Below, one piece after another: positions 8,222-18,161 of a stretch of 37,504 bases of DNA. The first letter of the stretch is position 1, and every line of letters begins with the position of its first letter. A program made the position numbers and the translations under genes. The notes beneath the pieces were generated by a model. The model was not told the DNA's origin. It ran no database searches and worked only from the letters and a program-made list of their open reading frames with translations. The stretch comes from Verrucomicrobiota bacterium (GTDB taxonomy: Bacteria; Verrucomicrobiota; Lentisphaeria; Lentisphaerales; Lentisphaeraceae): positions 1-37,504 of the forward strand of contig JBDKFG010000047.1 in NCBI GenBank assembly GCA_039798785.1, written 5' to 3'.

Positions 8222-8914
8222 TCAGATTGACAGCAATTCAAAGCCTGGTGAATGAAAACTCCAGGACCCAGTCCTTGTCTCGGAGGTCAAGGCCGAGGCG
8301 AGCGAATCGAGATAATCTCTTCGCGACACATTGGTCCCTCCAAGCGAGACCAGGTGCGGATTCTCCACCTGGCAATCCAACAAGCCGAAGTTCCAGGACT
8401 GAAGCTGCCGAACCAGGGCGAAAAAAGCGATCTTTGAGGCATCGGTGACGGTATGGAACATCGATTCACCGAAAAAGGCCGAACCGAGGCTGACTCCATA
8501 TAGACCGCCCACAAGCTTACCGTCGAGCCAGGTTTCGACTGAGTGGGCCAGGCCCATCTCGTGCAAGCGCTCATAGGCACGCAGGAAGGCCGGAGAGATC
8601 CAGGTGCCGTCGCTGCGGGTCTGGCGGCAGGCGCCAATCACCGAGGCGAAATCGCAATCATAGCGGACTTCGAACCGCTTTTTGCGAACCAGGCGCAAAA
8701 GCGTCTTGGCCGGGGCGTAGCTCGTCAGGTCGAGCACCATGCGCGGGTCGGGAGAGTACCACATCAAGGGACGGTCATGCCATGGAAAAATGCCGGAGCT
8801 GTAAGCCAGGATCAGTCTTTGCGGCGACAAGTCGCCGCCGACTGCGAGCAGGCCGTCAGGCTCCGCCAGCTCGACAGGCGGGAAAAGAATTTCGCGGTCA
8901 AGCCGGAAAATCAC
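8222..8914 (-). CDS. aat: Leucyl/phenylalanyl-tRNA--protein transferase
   Basis: GLLAVGGDL, AYSSGIFPW, WYSPDPR, AHSVE, LVGGLYGV, FFGESMF, DASK and DCQ motifs. Confidence 0.96.
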   Translation of the reverse strand: MIFRLDREILFPPVELAEPDGLLAVGGDLSPQRLILAYSSGIFPWHDRPLMWYSPDPRMVLDLTSYAPAKTLLRLVRKKRFEVRYDCDFASVIGACRQTRSDGTWISPAFLRAYERLHEMGLAHSVETWLDGKLVGGLYGVSLGSAFFGESMFHTVTDASKIAFFALVRQLQSWNFGLLDCQVENPHLVSLGGTNVSRRDYLDSLASALTSETRTGSWSFHSPGFELLSI

Positions 8915-10284
8915 GCCTGTCTTTCCAGGTAGAGACGCAGCTTGAGCTGTTCGAAGGTTCCGCAGGAAACCGGGGCTCCATAGAGAGTTTCAAAAATCAC
9001 CGCGGCATCCGGCTGGAGGGCATGAAGCCGTGTCACAGCAGGCAATTGCGGAAGCTGAATCTGTAGATCCAAAGCGTCGGCGCGGCTTCCGGCTACGAGG
9101 AGATCGGGGGTCGGCAAACGGGCTCTTTCCTCTGAACTCATAACCGGGTACAGGCGCTGAGGCTTGGCGCCCCAGCGACGAAGCTGTTGTTCCCATTCAA
9201 TCCGACAAGCGGAGTCGCTGCAGCTGAGCAGCACCCTCAACCCGTTCAGTGGGGCTGGAGGCGAGAGGCGGCGCAATGGGGGAGCTGCAACATCGCCGAG
9301 GATGATCAGGCCGGGCGGACGCATGCGGGCGGCAGCCAGACGCTCCGGAAAGTCCGCCAGGGTGGCATCGAGGAAGGTCTGTCCGGGACGGGCGAGATTG
9401 ACCGCCACGCACACCGGAATATCGGGAGGATAGCCGGCGCCGAGAAGCTGCGTCCGGATGTCGTCGGCGGAGAGGAGGCCCATGTAGACGACGAGGGTGG
9501 CGCGATCGAAATGGAGCAAGGGAGAAAGGCCTCCGCCGGCTTGGCGGGCCGTAGTCAAGGTGACGCGGTCGCTGACGCCGCGCTGCGTCAGGAAAAGGCC
9601 GCCGCAAGGGCCGATGGCCTGCAGTGCAGAGACTCCGGGGCTCACCTGCCAGGGGATGCCGTGGCGACTGAGCGCATCAATCTCTTCGGTGATCCGTCCG
9701 AGAATACCGGGATCCCCGCCTTTGAGTCGCAGCACCTTGCGCCCAAGACTTGCGTCGCGAACGAGAAGATGATTGATCCCGTCCTGATCGAAGCTCGGTG
9801 CGTCGCCGCGTTTTCCGACATGGTGGCGGCGCGCATTCGAGGGGAGCAGGTGGAGAAGGGCTGGCGAGGCAAGCGCGTCATCGAAACAGGAGTCGGCGAG
9901 GGCCAAAGCGCGCTCGGTTTCCACCGTGATCCACTCCTCCTCGCCGGGCCCTGCCCCAGAGAACATCACGGGAGGAGAGAAGAATGACTGCAAAGACTTC
10001 ATCGGCTCATCGTCGATGCGGTAGATGAGAGAGGCCTGGGCGGAATCGGAGCTGAAGAAAGCCAGCCCTTCCGGCAGGTCATGATCGAGATCCTCGCTCT
10101 CCCAGACCAGGCCGCGGACACGACCGGAAAGCACTTCCAGGGTCAATGCATAGAAGTCCTCCTCGCTGGCGGCATCCCAGACTTCCAGCACGGCCAAATC
10201 AGGGAGGGCATCGAAGACCTCTCCGAGACGCATCGTGGCATCCTGGTTCAATGGTGTTTCGGCAACTGTGATGAGGATCGACAT
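8911..10284 (-). CDS. cobA: Uroporphyrinogen-III C-methyltransferase with degenerate HemC-like N-terminal and HemD-like C-terminal segments
   Basis: GAGPG, DAL, VGKR, VLRLKGGDP, PGVS, LTQRG and YMG motifs of CysG/CobA. C-terminal PLNGLRVLL..LRRWGA..LYP resembles the start of HemD. Confidence 0.82.
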   Translation of the reverse strand: MSILITVAETPLNQDATMRLGEVFDALPDLAVLEVWDAASEEDFYALTLEVLSGRVRGLVWESEDLDHDLPEGLAFFSSDSAQASLIYRIDDEPMKSLQSFFSPPVMFSGAGPGEEEWITVETERALALADSCFDDALASPALLHLLPSNARRHHVGKRGDAPSFDQDGINHLLVRDASLGRKVLRLKGGDPGILGRITEEIDALSRHGIPWQVSPGVSALQAIGPCGGLFLTQRGVSDRVTLTTARQAGGGLSPLLHFDRATLVVYMGLLSADDIRTQLLGAGYPPDIPVCVAVNLARPGQTFLDATLADFPERLAAARMRPPGLIILGDVAAPPLRRLSPPAPLNGLRVLLSCSDSACRIEWEQQLRRWGAKPQRLYPVMSSEERARLPTPDLLVAGSRADALDLQIQLPQLPAVTRLHALQPDAAVIFETLYGAPVSCGTFEQLKLRLYLERQA

Positions 10285-10340
10285 TATCGGAAATCTAGCC
10301 GAGATCGTCGACAAACCCAGTCGGATGACAGCAGTGACGC

Positions 10341-10371
10341 AAGAAAAGGGGCCGCTCAAAGGAGCGGCCCC
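10341..10371 (-). terminator. Rho-independent terminator ending the MoxR operon
   Basis: Minus strand GGGGCCGCTC-CTTT-GAGCGGCCCC-TTTTCTT, 18 nt after the stop at 10390. Confidence 0.85.
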
Positions 10372-10389
10372 GGAGGACATCGGGACGGA

Positions 10390-11793
10390 TCACCACTCGG
10401 ATTTCTTCTCCGCCGGACGCTCTTTGTAGATGTTCATCCGGAGATTGTTGAAGGCCTTGATGTTGAAGCTGCCCTTGCCGAAGTTCTCGGATTCGCCCTG
10501 GACCGCATCTTCGCTGAGGGCGTTGAGCTTGAGAGTGACCTTGCCGATGCCGGCCATGATGAGCTCGACGTCGCCGGCGTTCTTGCGGGCCTTCTCGGCT
10601 TCCTCCTGGCTCAGCTCGAGCAGTGCGACTCGCTCGAGAGGGATCTGCAGATCGCCGAAGTTGGTGCTGAAGGTGGCGACGCCGGCCTTGAGGGTTTTCA
10701 AGGTGCCGCTCTGGATGTCACCGTTGCCGAAGGTGCAGACGTCGGTTTTCGAAGCGTTTGCGGCGCCTTCCTTGGGTGCCTTGCCCTCCTCGCCGGGAAG
10801 ACGGCCGTCCCAGGGAGAGACCCGGAGATCGGTGACGCGCACCTGGCCATTCTGGCCCTGGAAGCCGATGATGTTACCCTTGCCTGCGAAGTCGTTGGAG
10901 TCGGTAAAACTCCGGACGAGCTTGCCGTCGATAACGACGCTGAGGGTCTTAGTGGTCTTGTCGGTGTAGAGAGAGACACGAGCGCCGGACCGGAGGCCGT
11001 TGCGCATCGGGAAGTGCCCCATGCTGTCACCGCCTTCGTTGGTCGTCATGCGCTGGGCCTGCAGATAGTTGTTGTTGAAGGTGAGCATGTAGACATTGCC
11101 GCCTGAGGCATCCTTGCTGTCACCGTAAAGGAGCGCGGAGATCTGGATATTGCCGCGGTGTTCGAGGGTGAACTCCATGACGCTGCGTTCGGGCAGCTTG
11201 ACCTCGCGGCCGATGGTACCGTAGGAGCCGTCGAACTGCAGACCGCCGTCCTTCACCGTCCAGCCGTTCCCCTGGCGGTTCCAGCCGCTCATGTCGCCGG
11301 GACCGGAGTAGACGCTCTTGGCTGCAGCCTGGCCGGCGGAAATCGACTTCACCATCATGCGTTCGATGCTGAGTGTGCCGGCGTACCAGGTGTCGAGGAC
11401 GACCTTGTCGGCGGTGATCTCAGTGACGGTTCCGATCAGAGTGTCGCCATTGGTGAGGTTGACGCGAGTGCCGCCTCCCTGGCCGCTGCCGGTGCTGCCG
11501 AGAGTGATGTTATTGATCCTGTCGGTCTTGAAGAGGACCGGCTGATCAGCATCTGCGAGCTTGTAGAGCAGACCTTTGGCCGGATCGATGGAGAGGAGCT
11601 GACCGCTGCAGCGGTCGCCGGTGAGGAAGACCATCTGGTCATTGCCGCTGCGGACAACCGGTGCGCCGGTCTCGCTGCGGGCTTGCTCGACGGCGATGCC
11701 TTCGCGGGGTTTGGCGGGATCCTGGACCTTGATTTCTGCCAGGAGGCCGAGCGGCAGGAGAAGGGCTGCGGCGAGGAAGATGCTGCGAGTCAT
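10390..11793 (-). CDS. Exported hypothetical protein with repeated (N/T)GD-x3-G modules and a central beta-rich domain
   Basis: Signal peptide. Modules VFLTGDRCSGQL, NLTNGDTLIGTV and TFGNGDIQSGTL. GGAGA RBS. Last gene of the operon. Confidence 0.8.
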   Translation of the reverse strand: MTRSIFLAAALLLPLGLLAEIKVQDPAKPREGIAVEQARSETGAPVVRSGNDQMVFLTGDRCSGQLLSIDPAKGLLYKLADADQPVLFKTDRINNITLGSTGSGQGGGTRVNLTNGDTLIGTVTEITADKVVLDTWYAGTLSIERMMVKSISAGQAAAKSVYSGPGDMSGWNRQGNGWTVKDGGLQFDGSYGTIGREVKLPERSVMEFTLEHRGNIQISALLYGDSKDASGGNVYMLTFNNNYLQAQRMTTNEGGDSMGHFPMRNGLRSGARVSLYTDKTTKTLSVVIDGKLVRSFTDSNDFAGKGNIIGFQGQNGQVRVTDLRVSPWDGRLPGEEGKAPKEGAANASKTDVCTFGNGDIQSGTLKTLKAGVATFSTNFGDLQIPLERVALLELSQEEAEKARKNAGDVELIMAGIGKVTLKLNALSEDAVQGESENFGKGSFNIKAFNNLRMNIYKERPAEKKSEW

Positions 11794-11829
11794 GATGGGG
11801 TATCTCCGTAGATGTGAGGATGTTTCGGT

Positions 11830-12831
11830 TCAGCGTTCGTAGATGGGAAGATAGCGGTAGTTCAAGGCAATGGAAAGGAGAGTCGCAGCAGTGGCGAAGG
11901 CCTCTCCCTCGCCGGACTGCCAGGCGCCATCGGCGCGCTGCCTCTGTCGGCAGGTTTCGATGTGCTTGCGGTTCCACTCCTTCCAGACTTGATAATCCGA
12001 CTGAAAAAGCGCCTGGGGGACGTAATAGATGGTGTAGTGGTAGTAATGGCCGTCGGCCCGGTCGCGATTGGTCCGGACATAGTCGAGTGCCTTGCGGTAG
12101 ACATCGCTGTTCTTGTGCTTGCCGATGGCATAGACCAGGAGGCCGATCGCCGAGCGGGGCGTGTTGGAACCGCCGGGGCTGGTGTAGCCGAAGCCACCAT
12201 CCGGAGACTGACAACGCGAGTAGTACTCCAAAGCCTTGTCAACGGCTGCATCGGGGACATTGATGCCGGCGTTGCGGGCGGCATAGAGCGCCATCAGGCA
12301 GCAACCGGCGGCGGTGGTATCGGAATCCTTGCCGGAAGGATCGTAGCGCCAGCCGCCGGTGGGATTGTTCGCCTGGGACGCCAGGATGAGTTGAACCGCC
12401 TTTTCCAAGGCCGGACCGATCTTAGGATCGGCGACGGTACCGTAGGCTTCGGCAAGAGCGAGCGTGCCGAAGCCATGGTGGTACATGGAACTGCCGAGGT
12501 AGCCGGTGCGGTCCTGGCCGCGGATGATCGCGGTGATCCCCTTCTTGACTGTGGAGGCATAGGGGCCGAAGTTGGGGTCGTCGCCATGGGCGAGGATCGA
12601 CAAGACGCAGAGGCCGGTGACGCCGGGGCCGCTTTCGTAACCCGAGCCCCAACCGCCGTCCGGAGACTGTCGAGAGGAGAGCCAGCGGAGCCCCTTTTCA
12701 TACATGGCCTCGACTTCCGGCGGCACCGGGTCGCCGAGGACGCCGCTAGGCCGGTTCTGAGCACAGAGGGGCTGGGGCATCCCCATCCCCGCAAGGAGGA
12801 CGGTGCAGAGACTGAGGATTTTACGGCGCAT
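11830..12831 (-). CDS. Exported prenyltransferase/squalene-oxidase-repeat (alpha/alpha barrel) protein
   Basis: Signal peptide and QW-like repeats RQSPDGGW, SQANNPTGGWRY, CQSPDGGFGY, RQRADGAW. No DXDD motif. Confidence 0.85.
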   Translation of the reverse strand: MRRKILSLCTVLLAGMGMPQPLCAQNRPSGVLGDPVPPEVEAMYEKGLRWLSSRQSPDGGWGSGYESGPGVTGLCVLSILAHGDDPNFGPYASTVKKGITAIIRGQDRTGYLGSSMYHHGFGTLALAEAYGTVADPKIGPALEKAVQLILASQANNPTGGWRYDPSGKDSDTTAAGCCLMALYAARNAGINVPDAAVDKALEYYSRCQSPDGGFGYTSPGGSNTPRSAIGLLVYAIGKHKNSDVYRKALDYVRTNRDRADGHYYHYTIYYVPQALFQSDYQVWKEWNRKHIETCRQRQRADGAWQSGEGEAFATAATLLSIALNYRYLPIYER

Positions 12832-15800
12832 GGATCTTGGGCTCCGCTTTTTTGTAATAGTTCTCGAAGGCTTCGCGGTATTCGGCGGGCACGTCCTCGA
12901 TCAGGGCAGCGCTACCGCTGGTGGAAGGGGGTCGGTGTTCGTTGACGCCGCCGCCGACTTCCGCCGGCTTGCCGTCGAGGCCGGTGCCGCCGTTGAAGCC
13001 CGACATGCCGGCCTGTTCGCCGGTCTTCTGGCCGCGCTGCATCTGTTGCTGCAGCGCCTGGAGCATCGCCTGCATGGCTTCGTCCTGCTCCTGCTTCTGG
13101 CCCTGGGGCTTATCCTTCTTCTCACCGGGTTTCGAAGGCGGTTTTTGCAGAAGGCTGGTGATGATCTCGATCGCCGTCGCCTCCGGAGTCAAAGCCTGGT
13201 CTGAGGAGTGCTGTTGGAGATTTACGGCTGCCTCCTTCATCAATTCGATGCAGGCGTCAAGAGCTTGGGTGATTTCAGGCTTGGGAGACTCGCCGGCGAG
13301 CTGATCGAGCTCGTTGGCGAGCTTGTGCTGAGTCTGGGCGACCTCCTCAGTCTCGGCTTCGTGGTCGAGCTTGAGTTTATTGTCCTCGAGATAGCGGGTC
13401 TCGTTGTAGATCTGCTGCTGCTCGGTGAGGACGCGGAAAAGCTCGATGGCGAATTCGTCAGGCTTCTTGTTACATTTGCCACCGCCACCGCCATCCTGCG
13501 GCTTGGGCTCGATGATTTTCGCCCAGGCGTCAAAAGCCTCGGCCCACTTCAGACACTCGGCGGAGGCTTGTCCGGGACGGTTTCCGGCGATCATGTCGGT
13601 AATCGCAGAAAGACCTTCGGGGGCTTTCTTGGTCTCCATCTGTTCCGCCACCTTGCCGTAATCCTCGTTTTTGGTCAGGGAGTGGAAATAGCGGAGATCA
13701 GAGATCAAGCGGCTGGCTTCGGTCGCCTCGCCCGCCTGGCTTTCGAGAGCGGCACGGAGAGTTTTCGCGGCAGCGGCCGGAACCTGGTCGGGAGACAAGC
13801 CGATGGTGCTGGCGACAAGACTATTCAAAGTGCTCGACAAATCCCTTTCATCGCTGGCCACCTTGCGAAGACGCTTGGCCATGTTGGCAAGCTGGGCCTT
13901 CTTCTGCTTCTCGGCGTTGCTCTGGGCGGCTTCGGCCATTTTTTCGGCCGCCTTCTTCTGTTCCTCGGCCGCCTCTTCGGCTTCCTTCTTCTCGTCTTCT
14001 TCCTGCTTCTGGGACTCGCCTTCGCCCGGCTTGCCGTCTTTAGGCTTGCCGTCCTTCGATTTGGAATCCTTCGGCTGCCCCGCCTTCTGGGCCGCCTTGT
14101 CGAGCTTTTGCGCAGCCTTGGCCATGTTATCCTTGGAGGCTTCCTTGAGATTGTTGAAGGCCTCCTTCCATTGCATCATGGCATCCTTCGGGAACTCCTT
14201 GTTCTTGGCCGCCTCGGCCAAAGCTTCGGCCAGCTCTTTAAGCTCCTTTTCCAGCTCGTTCCTGCGACGCTCCTCGCCTTCTTTGGCATCCTGGAGCTTT
14301 CGTTGGGTGTCGGGATTCTTCAGATCCTTGGCCAACTCCTTGCTGAGTTCGGCAGCTTCCTTCTCCTTGAGTGCCAAATCCTCCAGTCGGAGCTGCATGG
14401 CTTCAAGCTGCTCCTTGATCAGCTTGGCGTGCTCTTCCGGGCTGAGGACGAGGATGACAACGGGGCTGGAACGGCTGGCTTCACGACCCGGAAGATAGTC
14501 GAGGGCGCTGGCGACGACAGCGACTCGATGTCCGGCGGGAATCTTCAGGGCCCGCGGACGGAACACGTAGTCCGTGTTCAGGTCGCGCTGCTCGGGGTTG
14601 CCGTCGATGGCATTGACGTGGATCGGACGGATGATGCCGTTGTCATCGGCGGCGGTGCTCTGGACGCCCATGTCGATGGAAAGATTTTTCAATCCGTTGT
14701 CGTCGTTGGCCCGGATGGGCAGGCGGATGCTTTCTGATTCCAGCACGGCGATGACGCTGCTGACGTCGTGAATCTCGGCGGTGGGTGCCGCATCGGGAAC
14801 CCAAACGATGCCAAGCGCCTGACCGTTGCGGCTGGCGATGCCATGGCTGTCGACCCATTTCAGCAGAAGGTCGAGGTTGATCAGATCTTTCGGCTGGACG
14901 ATCTCCGGGCTGAGGAAATCACGACCTTTTATGTCGCAAAGGCCTTTGAAGCCCCCTTCGACGCTGGCATTCTTGAGCTGCGAGCTGGTTTGGCCGGCCA
15001 GGCGCAAGGAGCCCCCGGCGATCACTTGCAGGGAACCGCCGTTGACGGCGACGCTGCGATTGCCCTTGCCTCCGAGGTAGGACGGCAGCTTGAGCTGGGC
15101 TTCGAGAAGGTTGAGTGTCGGCCGGTCGACCTGGCGGATGATCATCGTGCCTCGTGCGTCTGGCATGGCGCTGAAGCTGATCTTGGAATCCTTCGACCTG
15201 CCGCGCATCTTGATCATCGCGACGCCGTCCCTGACCTCAGCCGTCTGGACCGGCTCGTTGTCGTAGGAGTAGCTGATCCGGCTCGGCATCACCTTGGCGT
15301 TGGGGTCAAGATGGATGCTGAGAGGAAAGTCCTCGCCGCGGGGAACATGCAACTCGTCCGGCAGATCCTTGAAACGGGCCAAGGTCTGGCGCTCAATGTT
15401 GCTGAAGGGCATCAATGCTCTCTGCATCGAGGAAAGCAGGGCGTTGTGATCGGCGAGAAGGAAGAGTCCAGTGAAGCCGGCAGCGAAACCGACGCGGCGG
15501 AGGCTGCGGTTACGCTCATCCCGCGACACCGCGGCGTCGAAGTCGAGCGGCTCCACCGAGGTGGCGACCTGGGCCACCGCGGCTTCGCAGAGGCGGGCTG
15601 AGACGCTGGCCGGACGGGTTGATTCATCAGCCAGTTCGACCGCGCCCTGAAGGCTGTCGCCAAGCTTGGGATAGTGATTCTGAACGATCGTGACGATCTC
15701 ATTGGGGCCTTTGAGAAGTCGCAGACGGCGGCGGACAAACGAGATCACGGTCCACGCCAGGCAGCTCATGGCGGCGACGAAAAGAAGGACCCGCAGCAAC

Positions 15801-15970
15801 TTGGGGGTATCCCAGAAGCGATCAGAGATCCATGCCAAGATGATCAGGGCCAGGAAGATGCCGAGGCCAACAAGGATCGAGCTGACGCTGAGAAGTCCGA
15901 GGGCGCGGTCTTCCGCCTGGCTCAGCTTGTTAGCCAGCGCTGAAGGAAGTTTCGAGAACTTGGGTTTCAT
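12821..15970 (-). CDS. Large membrane-anchored coiled-coil protein (DUF4175-like architecture)
   Basis: Three N-terminal TM helices, a beta-rich middle, long E/K/A/Q coiled coils and C-terminal VPAEYREAFENYYK. Confidence 0.8.
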   Translation of the reverse strand: MKPKFSKLPSALANKLSQAEDRALGLLSVSSILVGLGIFLALIILAWISDRFWDTPKLLRVLLFVAAMSCLAWTVISFVRRRLRLLKGPNEIVTIVQNHYPKLGDSLQGAVELADESTRPASVSARLCEAAVAQVATSVEPLDFDAAVSRDERNRSLRRVGFAAGFTGLFLLADHNALLSSMQRALMPFSNIERQTLARFKDLPDELHVPRGEDFPLSIHLDPNAKVMPSRISYSYDNEPVQTAEVRDGVAMIKMRGRSKDSKISFSAMPDARGTMIIRQVDRPTLNLLEAQLKLPSYLGGKGNRSVAVNGGSLQVIAGGSLRLAGQTSSQLKNASVEGGFKGLCDIKGRDFLSPEIVQPKDLINLDLLLKWVDSHGIASRNGQALGIVWVPDAAPTAEIHDVSSVIAVLESESIRLPIRANDDNGLKNLSIDMGVQSTAADDNGIIRPIHVNAIDGNPEQRDLNTDYVFRPRALKIPAGHRVAVVASALDYLPGREASRSSPVVILVLSPEEHAKLIKEQLEAMQLRLEDLALKEKEAAELSKELAKDLKNPDTQRKLQDAKEGEERRRNELEKELKELAEALAEAAKNKEFPKDAMMQWKEAFNNLKEASKDNMAKAAQKLDKAAQKAGQPKDSKSKDGKPKDGKPGEGESQKQEEDEKKEAEEAAEEQKKAAEKMAEAAQSNAEKQKKAQLANMAKRLRKVASDERDLSSTLNSLVASTIGLSPDQVPAAAAKTLRAALESQAGEATEASRLISDLRYFHSLTKNEDYGKVAEQMETKKAPEGLSAITDMIAGNRPGQASAECLKWAEAFDAWAKIIEPKPQDGGGGGKCNKKPDEFAIELFRVLTEQQQIYNETRYLEDNKLKLDHEAETEEVAQTQHKLANELDQLAGESPKPEITQALDACIELMKEAAVNLQQHSSDQALTPEATAIEIITSLLQKPPSKPGEKKDKPQGQKQEQDEAMQAMLQALQQQMQRGQKTGEQAGMSGFNGGTGLDGKPAEVGGGVNEHRPPSTSGSAALIEDVPAEYREAFENYYKKAEPKIHAP

Positions 15971-15986
15971 GGTTTTTCTCCGGAGT

Positions 15987-18161
15987 TCAGATGAGGCCGA
16001 AACGCTTGCGAAGGAGCCAGTAGGCGGCGAAGATGCCGACGATCAGCAGCCCCCACCAGATCTGGTTGAGGAGACGCCAGCGGAGCTCCTCGGGTTGAGG
16101 CGGCGGCATGGCGGCGAGCTTGGCCAAGGTCTTGGCTCCGCCTTCCAGGAAGAGCGTCTCGCCTCCGCTGATGCGGGAAATCTCCTTCATCACCGAAGGG
16201 CGGGCAGGGACTCCGATCTTCTCGAGTTCCGCCCCGGCGACATCAAAGCGAAGCTCATGAGTGATGTTATTCGAGGGGCAGGTCAGAATCACTTTCCACT
16301 GGCCGGGCTGGTCGGGAGTGAACTGAGTGCGGTAGACGCCCCAGCCACCTTCGCCCTCCTGCATCTGCTGGGAGATCTCAGGGCCGGCCGGAGGAATGAC
16401 CCGCAGCTGCGTCTCAGCGCCGCTGCAAGGGACGCCGCCGCCGAAGAAGAGGGTGGCCTGGACGTCGACCTGGTCGCCTTGGGCAGGACGCTCGGGGCTG
16501 AGGAAGAGACGGCAATGCTCAGACGATGAGGAATGGCGGCGCGACGCCATCCAACGAACCACTTGGCCCCAGAATCGGTAGTGATAGAGGTCTTCGACGC
16601 CGCGACGCCAGCGCCATGCGGAGTCGGTGCCGAGGAAGAGCACCTGTCCGTTGCCGGCGGGACGGGTGACCAGGAGCGGTGTCTTGTCGGAAGCGTGGGA
16701 GGCGAGGATCTGGGACCCGAGCTTGGCTCGGTCAACCGCGGCGCTCCAGTGGAACCCGGGAAGGGATTTCCACAAGGAGTTGTTGCTGCCTGTGTCGGCC
16801 AGATAAGTGAGTAGGTGCTCTTCTCCGAGGGCACTGAGACGGAGCATCGAGGGAGTCGAGTAGGCATTGCCGCCGGGGCGCTTCGAATCGTAGACGATCG
16901 GCATGATGTCGCCAAGGGCAGTCTTCTCAAGGCTCGCCTGGGAGCCGCTCAGACCAGGAATCAGAACGAGGCCGCTGCCAAGCTTCTCGACCAGTCCCCG
17001 CAAGGATTGGATCTGCTCGTCCCCAAGACCGCCGGCACCGGCGCCGACATCGCCCAGGAAGACGACGTCATATTGCGACAGCTCGTCGCGAGTGCGTGGG
17101 AAAGACCCGAGATAGCCTGGGCCGCCGCCAACCTTCATGCCCTGCTGGTGCAGGAGCAAGGTCGACACCTGGACACCAGGATCGCGCATCAGTGCGTTGC
17201 GGAGGAATCGGTATTCCCAGCGCGGGGTGGATTCCACCACCAGCACCTTGATCAGCTCGCGCCGCACCGGCACCGAGAATTCGCTGCGGTTGTTGTCGGC
17301 GCGGAATTCCCCGGGGATGCCTGAGATCTCAAGAGCGAAGTTGAATCGACCTTCGAATCCAGGCTGCCAGATGAAGCTTTCGCTGGCGCTTTCTCCGTCA
17401 GCGAGGACGAGATCGCGGGTCAGATTGACCCCCTGGCGCGAGCGCAGGGTGGCGCGACCGCGGTACTCGCGTCCGGAGACGTTGCGGACGCGGAAAGGAA
17501 TCTGGATCTTTTCGTTGACCAGACCAAAACCGGGAGCCTCGACCCGCTCCAGGATCAGATCGGGCTGGAACTTCTCTGCTCCGCAGGGAACGGTGAAGAC
17601 CGGGACCCCTTGAGTGCGAGCAGCCATCGCCGCGTCGCTGGGATCCTTGCCCGAATTCCAATCGCCGTCGGAAAGCAGAAGGATGGCGCGCAGGTCCTCC
17701 TTGCCGCCGGAGGCAGGACCATGACGCTTCAGACCGGAGGCAAGGGCCCCGGCAAGGTCGGTTCCGCGGCTGTCGCCGGACCCGAAATCCTCGACCACGA
17801 CCTGATGCTTCGCCCCCAGAGCCTTGAGTGCCTCCGGGCTAAGCAGGCTGTCGGCGGCGGCGGCGCGGGAGAGCACCTTGGCGTCGATTTGCACATCTTC
17901 GGTATTCATGCTGCGCGATGTGTCCTTGAGCACCAGGATCACTGGTTGGGTGTTCTTTTCGACGACGGTGACCCGCACCGGATCGGCCAGCGACAGGAAG
18001 GCGAGCAGTGCCGCGGTAAAACGAAGCGCCTCCAGGGCTGCCTGCTGTCCTTTCTTCGGCGCCAGCGATACGTTGCGCCAAGCCATAACAGCAAGGCCGG
18101 CAAGGACCAGACCACCGAGGGTGAGATAGAGTCCGGGGAAATCGATGTCTAGATGGCTCAT
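15987..18161 (-). CDS. Membrane protein with VWA domain and glutamine-amidotransferase-like domain
   Basis: MIDAS DTSRSM, GTDL and LLSDGDWNSG; PRWEYRFLRNAL, YDVVFLGDV and WRWRRG..YRFWGQ; terminal TM with LRKRFGLI. Confidence 0.85.
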   Translation of the reverse strand: MSHLDIDFPGLYLTLGGLVLAGLAVMAWRNVSLAPKKGQQAALEALRFTAALLAFLSLADPVRVTVVEKNTQPVILVLKDTSRSMNTEDVQIDAKVLSRAAAADSLLSPEALKALGAKHQVVVEDFGSGDSRGTDLAGALASGLKRHGPASGGKEDLRAILLLSDGDWNSGKDPSDAAMAARTQGVPVFTVPCGAEKFQPDLILERVEAPGFGLVNEKIQIPFRVRNVSGREYRGRATLRSRQGVNLTRDLVLADGESASESFIWQPGFEGRFNFALEISGIPGEFRADNNRSEFSVPVRRELIKVLVVESTPRWEYRFLRNALMRDPGVQVSTLLLHQQGMKVGGGPGYLGSFPRTRDELSQYDVVFLGDVGAGAGGLGDEQIQSLRGLVEKLGSGLVLIPGLSGSQASLEKTALGDIMPIVYDSKRPGGNAYSTPSMLRLSALGEEHLLTYLADTGSNNSLWKSLPGFHWSAAVDRAKLGSQILASHASDKTPLLVTRPAGNGQVLFLGTDSAWRWRRGVEDLYHYRFWGQVVRWMASRRHSSSSEHCRLFLSPERPAQGDQVDVQATLFFGGGVPCSGAETQLRVIPPAGPEISQQMQEGEGGWGVYRTQFTPDQPGQWKVILTCPSNNITHELRFDVAGAELEKIGVPARPSVMKEISRISGGETLFLEGGAKTLAKLAAMPPPQPEELRWRLLNQIWWGLLIVGIFAAYWLLRKRFGLI

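Noticed and set aside
14020..14075. KDGKP repeats in the coiled-coil protein
   Set aside because: Ordinary low-complexity linker.
13208..14737. 509-aa plus ORF, and similar long antisense ORFs at 22712-24271 and 35723-37093
   Set aside because: All lie opposite well-supported genes and have shadow-frame composition.
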